Below the pieces are notes generated by a model. The model was not told the DNA's origin. It saw only the letters and a program-made list of their open reading frames with translations, and made no database searches. A program made the translations under genes and the position numbers. Shown piece after piece: positions 49,963 to 60,921 of a DNA stretch of 64,000 nt; position 1 is the first letter of the stretch, and each line of letters starts with the position of its first letter. This stretch comes from Antedon mediterranea (lineage: Eukaryota > Animalia > Echinodermata): positions 26,818,912 through 26,882,911 of the forward strand of contig NC_092675.1 of assembly GCF_964355755.1 (NCBI RefSeq), in the 5' to 3' direction.

Positions 49963-51785
49963 TAATAATAAAAGTTGTGTAAAACTTTAGTTATGGTCAA
50001 GGGGAATTGGTCAAGACTTGGAGTAAATGGTCAAAACCGGGGGGAAATGGTCAAGACCGAGAGAAAAATGGGTGTCACGAAACCTAAGATCACGAAAGCT
50101 AAGACGTACCCAAGACCTAAGATTACAAATTCTAAGATATACTACAGCTTAAAAACAATACTTGTTTATCCATACATAATTTTAAACACAGTAGGTTTCA
50201 TTTATTACCATAAATATAATTTAATACTACCGCAAAACATAGATAAACTCACATTATTTTCGCCCGTTGAGTAAATGTATATTTTTTTCTTTACAACAAA
50301 CAAACTTGACGGGTTGTTAGTATATATTTACTCCATTGTGTTGGTTCAGAGGATGTTTTTCTTACGCACCTGCCTTTCTTGTATTTTGACTCCAAATTTG
50401 TTGACTAACTTTATCCTGAATACCACACTTTAAAATTAGGAGTTATAATTACTTTCAGAAGGAGAAACACATAAAAACAAATAAATAAATCCTTTAAATT
50501 GATGATTTTACAGACATGTTTCTTTGTATACTCATAGAGATATTATAGTGAACTATAATATCTCTACCTGTAACTCCTCGAGCTCCCCCCCATGCTCAAT
50601 GTTTTTGTTTCTATGAAGCGCCAAAATAGCAACAATAATAGTACAAGTATAAAAACAGAAAGAAAACGAAACAAAAAAACTTATTATCATGATTTTTAAA
50701 TTAAAATTTATTTGCCAGTATTTATTTCTTCGTACTTGCATGATTATACTATTATCATTACAATTTTAATTTTACATTGTTCCATCCACACTGTAGATGG
50801 ACTCCACAGAGTTTTCAGCCCTCTATATAATTTTTGCTCTTTTGACGTTCCATAGAAACAAAAACATTGAACAGGGGTAGGCCAGGCCTACTGTACTGTA
50901 GGCTAGTCATGCGAAATTCGCAAACAGTTTGTGTGCGAGAAAAACGTCTGTAAAATCATCAATTTAAAATTGTATTTGTTACTTTTTATGTGATTCTTTT
51001 TCATAAAAGTGCCAATTCTGAGATGTGGTATTCAGAATAAATGTTGGGAGTTAAAATACAAGGCAGGTGCGAAAGATAAATATTTGTAATCTTAGGTCTT
51101 GGGTCTTAGCTTTCGTGATCTTAGGTCTTAGCTTTCGTGATCTTAGGTCTTAGCTTTCGTGATCTTAGGTCTTAGCTTTTGTGATCTTAGGTCTTAGGGG
51201 GTCTTAGCTTTCGTGGTCTTAGGTTTCGTGACACCCAGAGAAGAATTAATGTACTCCATTTTATAAGTTTATAGTCAATTATTGTGTTAACATTCATTTA
51301 TGAATAAACCTGTATACGTATTCAATAATAAAAAAAAAATACTTTCTTACGCTTAATATCATGAATAGCATATCTTTAGTGGTTAAGGTAATATATTATT
51401 TCTCTGTATACTGACGTCACACATAGATAAAGAGAGACTGTCCATTAATAAAAGTTGTGTAAAACTTTAGTTATGGTCAATGGGGATTGGTCAAGACTTG
51501 GAGTAAATGGTCGAGACTTGGAGTAAATGGTCGAGACTTGGAGTAAATGGTCGAGACCGGGGAAAAATGGTCAAGACAGGGAGAAAAATTAATGTACACC
51601 ATTTTATAAGTTTATAGTCACTTATTGTGTTAAATTTCATTTATGATTAAACCTGTATACGTATTCAATAATAAAAAATAAATTTTCTTACACTTAATAT
51701 CATGAATAACATATCTTTAGTGGTTAAGGTATTATATTATTTCTCTGTATACTGACCTCACAAATATAGATAAAGAGAGACTGTA
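49963..51785 (+). repeat. About 340-bp tandem duplication (49963-51441, interrupted by the MITE; 51446-51785) containing 20-bp units GGTCAAGACTTGGAGTAAAT
   Basis: TAATAAAAGTTGTGTAAAACTTTAGTTATGGTCAA ... ATAGATAAAGAGAGACTGT is present twice. Confidence 0.88.
50070..51236. mobile_element. Mutator/Foldback-type non-autonomous element
   Basis: TIR GGGTGTCACGAAACCTAAGA / TCTTAGGTTTCGTGACACCC. 10-bp TSD AGAGAAAAAT/AGAGAAGAAT. 22-bp subterminal tandem repeats at 51090-51220. An empty site is visible in the duplicate at about 51580. Confidence 0.85.
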
Positions 51786-52129
51786 ACTAAATGTTTATTG
51801 ATTATTAGGGTTACAGTGAGATTTCTATGCAAACATTAAAATGCCAATTAACGAGCCACCTAACTTAATTATGTACCGGTACCTAACAAATGCGCTCAAA
51901 CTCAATAAGGGTTACAACTCTACAAAAGAGGACATTTTATTTTTAAACTAGGGTTAAACATGAAAAGGTCAATTACTTTAACATTGAACATTGGAAAAAG
52001 GGTTGTGTCAATTGACACTTGAACTTTACCTCTATACAAGGACGAATGGACAGTGACAATTTACCATTAAACTCTGGTCAACCGTTTTATTGGGGGGGGG
52101 GGGGGCTCTCAAATTTCGACGAAGTAGTA

Positions 52130-52299
52130 GTGTTGTAGTTAATGAGTCGGTTAAACCGGATGAAACCGAGGCTATCAGCAGTAGTAATGGCCTACCAATC
52201 TACCAGGATACATTGCACCATGATACTGTGAAAGCTGCGGCTGCCGTTGGTGCTAGTGTAAACTCTGAGAGATGTCCAACTTATGAAAAAGTTCATTAG
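52130..52299 (+). pseudogene. Duplicate of the last exon of the lectin receptor (an orphaned exon 2 duplicate lies at about 43660-43755)
   Basis: LPIYQDTLHHDTVKAAAAVGASVNSERCPTYEKVH* matches 35060-35169. Confidence 0.8.
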
Positions 52300-52596
52300 A
52301 AGAATATTACTTAACTTACAAACTTTGTAGTCGCCGACTATAGGCAATCAACAGAGGTGGATCATTAAAAATTATATAGACGTATTTTATTAGATTTTGA
52401 TACCGATTAACCTGTAACACCCGTATACTAAAAGATCATTTGAATTAAAAGTGGGTTTCCTCAAGAAAGATAGACAGAAAACAATTAAGTATTAGCCTAC
52501 TACGCTATTTCGATTAATGCATTTAAACTGGATTCATTTTGTTTCACTGTGCTTATCCTCCATTCTAACTTGTAACACTTTAGAATTTCAGCATTT

Positions 52597-55500
52597 TCAT
52601 TTGCCAGAAATTCCCCTCATTCGTGAATATATTTCGTCCCAGTCGAGATATAACCCTTGTAGATGACGCTGTATCGAATACCCTGCTTCAAAAGCAGTTC
52701 GACCATGTAATACCCGAGTATTGTCCAAACAAATTGCTTCACCTACAGTAAAAAAGAAAGTACATCGTATATTTATTATCAATATTTATTGGTGTTTGTT
52801 TTATAATGTTTTTCATAATTTGGCAACATTATAAAAAGATGGCTTGTTCAAAGTTTGATTTTATTTTTTTGTATTGTTTCTGAAAAACAATAATTACTAA
52901 AAAAATGTTTATATATATACATATGTTCCTTTTATGTAAATAAATACAAAGATAATACCGTAGGGTACTTGTCCTTGTTGGTGATGGAACACTTTACGAG
53001 AAATAAACTTTTTAGTTTTATTAACTCTTTATTTGTAATATTGTTTATTTGTAATGAACATAACATAACAATCCAGTTCTCTATGTCACAAAGTTCCTTC
53101 GTGTGCCCATCATGGGGAAAGGGTAAACATTACATTTATGCCGGTTATAAAAACTCACGTTGTCAAATTAAATAACCGGTATTAGGTTCTGTATACATTA
53201 TTAAACTTGACATGATGATGTCATATCACTACCATACTTTTTTTTTTTTTTTTTCTCTTTTGTGGCGTTAACCACTATTTATTCATTTCATTTCATCAAC
53301 AGATTAATACAATTATTTCTAATAATAATAATAACTATTCATTGTTATTCTTACTTTTGTTTGGTTTGGTGTATTTATATATATATATATATATATTTTT
53401 ATTTTTATTTTATCAACGTTACTGTTCTTGGAATCAGAGCATTATTTCTTTTCTGTTATCCACTTTTTTCATAATTTTCTAGTATTTTTTTTGTTCTATA
53501 ATTCTCAACATCTAACATTGTGAACACTTAACTAATAAATGTACTGTATGAGATACATTTACTAATGTTGTATAGTTATTTTCGGTAGTATTTTTGACAT
53601 ACAATTCATTTATACCCTATATACAGATTATATACATTATTTTAAAATACGAATAAAAAAAACAAAAACAAAAATATTAAAAATGCTTTTCTTACTCCTG
53701 TGTCTAGTTTTATGTCTCATGGTTATATTTGTTTGCTTATCTTCTCGTGCGTTACTTATGTTGCGTTACGTTTCTTTTTTGTTTTCAATATTAATTTATA
53801 CAATTTTTTTTTTTTTATTTATATTTCATATAAGATAAAATGAAACTGCCTATGTGTATTATACAACATTATTATGTAATATATTTTAAATAATCAGATT
53901 CACATCAATATAAATTATAATAGGTGGTTAAGGTAAGATCTTTTGTTTTTTTCCGCCATAAAAAGACGAGACAATGATCCGGTCCATTTGTTTACATTTT
54001 TCAAAGTATGTGCCTTGTAAACGCTGAAGCATCCAATAGAGAACATGTGGTCTACATATTTGTTTCCTGTACCTAGTACAATGTTTCGATAATTTGCCTC
54101 GATCCCAAATTTGTGCATGGTGTAAACGTTAATATATTCCCATAAGGGTTTTACTTCAGTGCATTCATAAAAGAAATGGGCATCATCCTCTACTACGTTG
54201 CATTGTAGGCAAGTATCTGTGTTGCTTATTTTCCATTTTAACAGCCTTCTTTTGGTAGGTGTTATACAATGCAATAGTTTGATGTTCAACTGTTTAAGTT
54301 TATTATCTTTAATATCTTTAATTTTTCTTTTCCATGTTACAGACCAATCGTTCTCCATGTTAAAATATGTTTCCCATTTTGTTTTACTTTTGGATGGTTC
54401 TAGACATTTTTCCTTAATAAAGAAAGAACATATTTGTTTGCTACTCATATTCAAACATCGAACGTGTGTTGTTTTTGAGTGCTTTTGGTTTTTATCCCTT
54501 AAAAAGATTTTCTCTTTCCATTCTTTTGGAATTGCGTTTAATACAATTTGCCATTCAGCAATCCAGTTTGATTTATACCTAAGCATATCTAGTAATTCAT
54601 TTGCGTTAATGAACCTATTCTCAATTACAATATCCTTAATATTTCGCACACCTGACCTTACCCAGTTTCTAAAAAATATTGACATGTCATTGTATAAAAT
54701 CATTTTGTTATACCAGAGTTGTTGATGCAATATATCATCATAACATAATTGACGTTTAGTCATACCACTATTAAGTTTGACTAAAATACATAGTATAGAT
54801 TTATAGAAATCGGGTATGGCTTTAAAAATAGCATTTTTCTTATCAATATATGATATGTTATCAATAATGTCTTTTGGGCCTATTCTATTAAAATATGTGT
54901 TTGGCAGACATTTCCACTTTGAATCCTCATTGTTATACAATCTTTTAAGCCAAGATATTTTTAAAGATTTAACCTGTGACCTGAAATCAGGCGCTTTAAC
55001 ACCACCACTTTCATATTCGTTTATAAGAACTACTCGTTTAACCTTTTCTCTTTTTCCATCCCACAAAAAGTCAAAAATTATGTTATCAACACGTTTTAGA
55101 ACACTTTCAGGCGTGTCTATAATACTTGCAACATAAACAAGTTTTGACAGGCCCAGCGTCTTTAAGATAATTATTTTTCCAAAAATGGTCAGATTTCTTT
55201 TTCTCCACGATCTAAGTGTGTTTTGTAACGAATAGATTTTTTCGGACCAATTTTTGGCAAAACAAAATTCTTTATCATGGCCAATATAAACACCTAAAAC
55301 TTTAAAACCGTCAGAAATCCAATTAATGTCCAATATGTTGTCCTTTTTCTTCCATTTTCCAAGCCACATGGCATTCGTTTTTTCTTTGTTAAGTCTTAAC
55401 CCAGACACATTACCAAATTTGATGACAACATCAATACACTTTTTTATGCTGTTCTCATCTTTCATAAATAAGACCGTGTCGTCTGCAAGTTGTGCAATTT

Positions 55501-58500
55501 TGACCTCGACAACTGGGTTTGGTAAAAGTATACCTTTAATAAGTTTATCCTGTTTTATCTTTAACGCCATAATTTCAGCGACCAAGATGAACAGAAGTGC
55601 GGATAAAGGACAACCTTGTCTTATACCTCTAAACATTTTAAAGCTTTTTGAGCACCATCCATTGTTTAAAATAATACATTCTGTTTCAGCATATAGAACT
55701 CTGACCCATGCAATAAAAGACGGTCCAAAATTGAAATGGTACAAAGTGTTAACAAGAAAAGTTCTGTCTACTGTGTCAAAAGCTTTTCTAAAGTCTAAAC
55801 TTAATAATGCCCCTGATAACTTGCTAGTATCCATATATTCAATTACATCTTCGATCAATCTGATGTTTTCACCACCAAAACGGCCTCTAATGTACCCTTT
55901 TTGATCATTACTCACAATTGTTTTAATAACATTTTGTAGCCTTTTTGTTAAAACAAAGGCGGCAATTTTATAGTCAGTGTTTAAGAGAGTTATGGGTCTC
56001 CAATTGTTTAGGTCTTCGAGATCCCCTTTTTTAAATATTAAGTTTATTACTCCCCTTTTTTGCGTATTTGATAGTGCTCCATTTTTTAAACATAGATTGA
56101 GAGCATTGCAGACTAATACGCCAATCTTGGGCCATAATGTCTGATAGAATGCTACCGTGAGACCATCGGTACCTGGCGCTTTATTTAATTTCATACTCCG
56201 TATCGCTTCTTCGCATTCTACGGAGGTTAATTCTCCTTCACATAACCCCTTTTCAAGATGTGTTAACTTTGGAACGTCTATTAAATTTAAATAATTTTGA
56301 ATATCATTTGCTTGTATGTCCTCTTTTGCATACAACTTTTCAAAGTGTTTGACTTCTTCAATCAAGATATCTTTAGTTTTTTTGGCGCATGTTCCGTCAG
56401 ATTTTTTAAATCTTTTTATTTGTTTTCTTTTCCAGTTATTTTTTTCCAGACCAAGGAAGTATTTGGAGTTCTTTTCTCCTTCTTCTACCCATTTCGCTCT
56501 TGAACGAATTTGAGCCCCTTTTGCCTCATAGTCATATATATCCTCTAATTCTTTAGATTTAATTTCAATTTCTGCATTCACATATTCATCTCTATCGTTG
56601 TTCATTAGTTTAGCGTTTAGTTGTTGAATTTCTTTTTGTAAGTTTTCTTTATTTCTATTTCTATTTTTCGATTTTAGTTTGCCAAAGTTGATTGAAAATT
56701 CTTTGATTTTGATTTTAATTAGTTCCCAGATTTCTATGTTATTAAGAAAATAGAACTGCTGTGAACAGCTATCTATTATCTGATTAATTTTGTTGAGAAA
56801 TTGTTCGTCCTGTAAGTAATCGGAATTTAATTTCCATAATCCTGGACCACGAGAGTCTTGAAATATATTTATCTTAATGGAAACTCCTTGGTGATCAGTA
56901 GAAATCGCTGGTCTAATATCGCATGAGACAATGTTTCCTGTATCATGCAAACTTTTTGATACAAACCAGTAATCTAGACGTTTAAAAAGGTTGGCCGATT
57001 TCCTACACCAAGTAAATTGTGATTTTAATTTGTTTAGAAGTCTCCAACTATCTACTAGTTTCAGTTTATTTATAAGATGTTTAATTTTTAAGACAGATTT
57101 ATCCGTTTTCATTTTGCTACCTTTTTGATCGAGTAGCCTATCCTGAATACAATTCATATCTCCGCCGATAATGATATACTCATCAGTGATCGAAAATGTT
57201 TGAATTTGCTTCTCAATATTATTAAAGAAAGAACCTCTTACTTTTGAATCATTTGGCGAGTATATATTTACAAACGTGTATTGGGTACCATTGATATCAA
57301 TTTTTAACAGAATATATCTTCCATTAATGTCAATTTGTTGTTTTATAAGTTTGTATTGAAGGTCTTTCTTAATCAATATTGAGACACCTTTGCTAAAAGA
57401 GCTACCAAAACTATGATAAGCATCTCCATCCCAAAGAAAATTCTCGTTGGAGACAAAGATGTTTGTCAGATGAGATTCTTGGATGAGAAAAATATCAATT
57501 TTGTTGTCTTTAGCCCAATTAAAAATTTTTCTTTGTTTTTGTTTGACTCGCAGTCCTCTTACATTCAAGGATACACAATGTAAGATTGCATTTTGTTGCT
57601 TAGCCATAATTAGATATAGTAAATCAATTCAATGCAAACAGAAAAATAACAGGTATATAAATTAATAATAATAATGATAAAGGATAATTCTGACCCTATG
57701 TTGATTTGCTTCTCATGCGCTTCCTTTTTTTTTTCTGTTTCTGGATAGAACTAGATGAGCTGGCATCTATGTTCGTATTTTCATTAGTGTTTTCATTGTC
57801 TTCGGTTGAGATATCACTACCATACTTTAGGTTGCATTATTTAGAATAAAGTTAATTCAAAGTCATCTTATACCTGGCTGTAGTTTCAGAGATATCAAAT
57901 TGTTTCGACTATAGAGGTTGTCCAGGAAAGTCTTCATCGCTTTGTACACTTTCTTGACGTCTTTAACCTCGACGCTCATACAAGTATCTTGATGTGAATA
58001 GGCGAATACAACATCTTCGACATGATCACTATTGCTCATTCTAAAAGATAAGCAAAATTGATAAAACATTAATAGTTTAATAATTGATTAATTAATTTGG
58101 ATGAAACCATGTAGGCTTACTTTTAAAGTGACATGGCAAAAATACTTCACTTTAAGTTGCTTAAAGGTTAATTTTCCTATAGAGGTAAAAGTACTCGGGG
58201 TAGGCCTAGGGAGTAGTTCTCCGGTGAGTACCTATTGTCTGGATACGGTTGAAAGATGTGAATAAAAAATAATAATTAAAAGTAAAAACCTAATAATTGG
58301 TTTCCAAGCCCGAAGAAGGTACTTAGTCTTTGATATTGAGTGTATTCCTTCATATACATTTGCCACTGGCACGGTACTGAGTATTTCAAACGTTTCTGGG
58401 TCGTCTCTTTTTAAGTCGTTAGCCACTTTAAAACCATCGGCAAACTCACTTAGTCCACCATTAACACTGTCTTGTATACAATGTAGAAGTTGAACCTAGT

Positions 58501-60921
58501 TCGAATAAAGTTTTATTTGTTAAAAACAAGGTAATTTACTGTAACCTAACATTGCACTGATGTTACGCACTGAGATACTGGAAAACCCCCCAAAAATGCC
58601 TCCAATAATGTCTGAGTTTAATGTCTCCTTAATTTAATAATTTTGTTAAATTATATTTGATTATGTTACAATCAGTAAAAAATTACATACAATACTTCGC
58701 GATTTAATTTCTTGCTCGGATCTTTTTGATTGGTTGTTAAGAAGGGGGTGGTTGCACGTGTGGGTAGGCCTATATGTGATGAGGGGATTCCATCCAATCC
58801 ATTCCAATAATTATCCTAACTTATAACATTATATTTTTATAGGCCTATACTTCTTTATTTCATTTGTTGTCTGTCACAAAAGTCACAGTCACTAAGTAAT
58901 TTTGTGGTCTTCACATTTATATTACTTCATTGTGTTTCGTCATCCCGCTGATTATTAATATAGAACAGTCACATATCAAAGAGAAAACTGTCAAAGTTGT
59001 AAAACCAAATTCGTTGAGGATTGGGTATTTCCATGAAAATACTCAATCCTCATTGTATGGCATGTCGGCAACGTATTTGCAACTCTATATTGTTTTGAAG
59101 CTATAATACAGTAACAGAGTTACAACTGATTTCACCGTAACTTCCACTCTTTCATCCAATCCAGAAAAAAAAATGAGGAAAGCTAGATAAATATTTATAA
59201 ATTTGTTGGCAAAAATTAGAGCTCCTATGCATACATACATTATACAAAATATCATTTGTAGTGTGACATTCCCTGGAATTTTGACATTCAATGAATATCA
59301 GGAGATTATTTCCAACAAATTTTGTGTTTTTATAAACCACTAGGCCTATGGTATAATAAGTGACACTAACCCCAGGTCCATATGAGTAATACGAAAGGTC
59401 CGTGTGAAGCTCCAATGGATATCCAGTGAAAGCTAAGCTGGTGGCTTCAGACGTGGCTTTCACAGCGAAGTCAGACCTTAAAAAGAGAAATTTACTTCAC
59501 GTTATTTCACTTCACGTCAAAACATTAAAATAATTAAAAATTTAATTATAAGTATATATTTTGGTAGTGTGCTTTGGTCGTCGTACTGTTGGTCGATTCC
59601 TGCTTACTGTCACTATGGTTGTTTGAGCATTCGTTATGTACAGTAAGCCTACACATGTCGCTCTGTCTGTCTGACAAAAGTCTATCAATGTATTTAGTTT
59701 AAAACTTATCGTTATATGTAACGTACACCAGTATAGGTATTTATCAATATACGACAAAAGCATTATATTATTACTGAAGTATAAAAGATGGATTATCGTT
59801 GGTGTCTTATGCTGGTACATGGGTCAATTTTATTTTGGTCAATTTTAAATTTGGTTTGGGCATCTTATGTGCGTCATCATACTAAACAAAATTGTGTAAA
59901 ATTATAATAATATTAGTTTGTTTATTCGTTGTGTGAAGTCGTCTGTTAGTCCCTAAATATTAAAGGTCAAAAACTAGGTCTTTTTATCAAAAGGACCAAG
60001 CATCGTTTTCAATCTCTATTATTTAAGGATCAACTTAATCAATGAGGATTAAACAACGTCCAAGTGAAACGCATAAAAGCCATTCACCATGGTGGTAACT
60101 GTAGATTAACTAAGCTTATCTATTCCCTTAATACAAATTGTTAGACTAAAAAAGAAAGGTTTGTGTCTGAATGCAGTATTACCATTTTTTAAATATATTT
60201 ATTTTTATTTCCAAAAGAGATTGATTTAATTGAAAACGGTGTGTTAAGCTACTTCTTGTATACTATCACCTTACCCATGGCACGTCATTCGTGGATGTGT
60301 CACCCAATCTGCCAATCTGGTCAGATTACCAGCATGGTTCCCAAGACCGTTCAAGATACAGATTCCATGTGTATGAAGACTTTCAAGCCATGAATACAAC
60401 CGCGATTCGTCAGAAATAACATCATTAAAGGAAAATGTTGGTATCTTGTCTCTGGTCATCTCAGAACCCCAGTACCTCAAATCAATTCCATCAAGTGGAT
60501 TAAGTGAAGCTGGGAATTTGACGTCTTTTAACAACTTCAAAGGATACTGGCTCTTGTGTGCATCTGACCACTCTACAGTAATCGATTGATCATCGTGCAT
60601 ACCAACGTTTAATGGATAGACATCTAAATCAAGCTCTTTCAGAAGTGTGATTTTCTGTCCAGCGGTTTCTTGGTAGCAAGAATGACAACGACAGTTATCA
60701 CGTAACCAAATAAACGGACACCGAATCTTCATGTCCCCTTCGTCCAGTACTATAGTTTCAGAGGTAGTATCAATGATGACATTTGTAGAAATTTGACGTC
60801 TCTCTATATTACCGGATGAGCTATATAAACGTCCATAATTCTGACTTGAGAAACTGTAAGTATCAGCTACAGGGATACATCGTAAAACATTGAAGTTAAA
60901 GCGGTAAAGATTTCGCAGCAT
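52597..60921 (-). CDS. BBOX1: Gamma-butyrobetaine/trimethyllysine dioxygenase-family oxygenase, copy B (423 aa); exons 60275-60921, 59371-59476, 58290-58495, 57874-58040, 52597-52742
   Basis: Exons 2-5 have the same sizes as in copy A (106, 206, 167, 146). Open frame, with Zn site, HTD and DNTRVLHGRTAF intact. Confidence 0.92.
53241..57810 (-). mobile_element. L1/Tx1-clade LINE with intact 1230-aa ORF2 (53915-57607), truncated at the end of ORF1, in intron 4 of copy B
   Basis: SLNVRGL, IQESH, GGDMN, RLDYW, TDH; EGEKNSKYF; [35 protein letters not shown]; CLQC...H.FYEC. Poly(A) at about 53241-53253. TSD ATATCACTACCATACTTT at 53223-53240 and 57811-57828. Confidence 0.96.

Larger units (their letters stand above)
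43757..52130. mobile_element. 8.4-kb foreign insert replacing lectin exons 3-4 in unit B; degenerate Maverick/Polinton-like remnant (tentative)
   Basis: No counterpart in unit A. Small decayed ORFs (44268-44780 with CYGC; RING-like 49740-49946), internal tandem duplications, 20-bp repeats, and a right end of poly-G..TTTCGACGAAGTAGTAGT. No polB, integrase, ATPase or capsid seen. Confidence 0.45.

Noticed and set aside
51090-51580. 22-bp and 20-bp arrays as CRISPR or iterons
   Set aside because: Head-to-tail without spacers. Explained as MITE subterminal repeats and a local minisatellite.
54198-57665. Plus-strand ORFs overlapping the L1 ORF2 (also those opposite the other LINE ORFs)
   Set aside because: Antisense shadows with no motifs.
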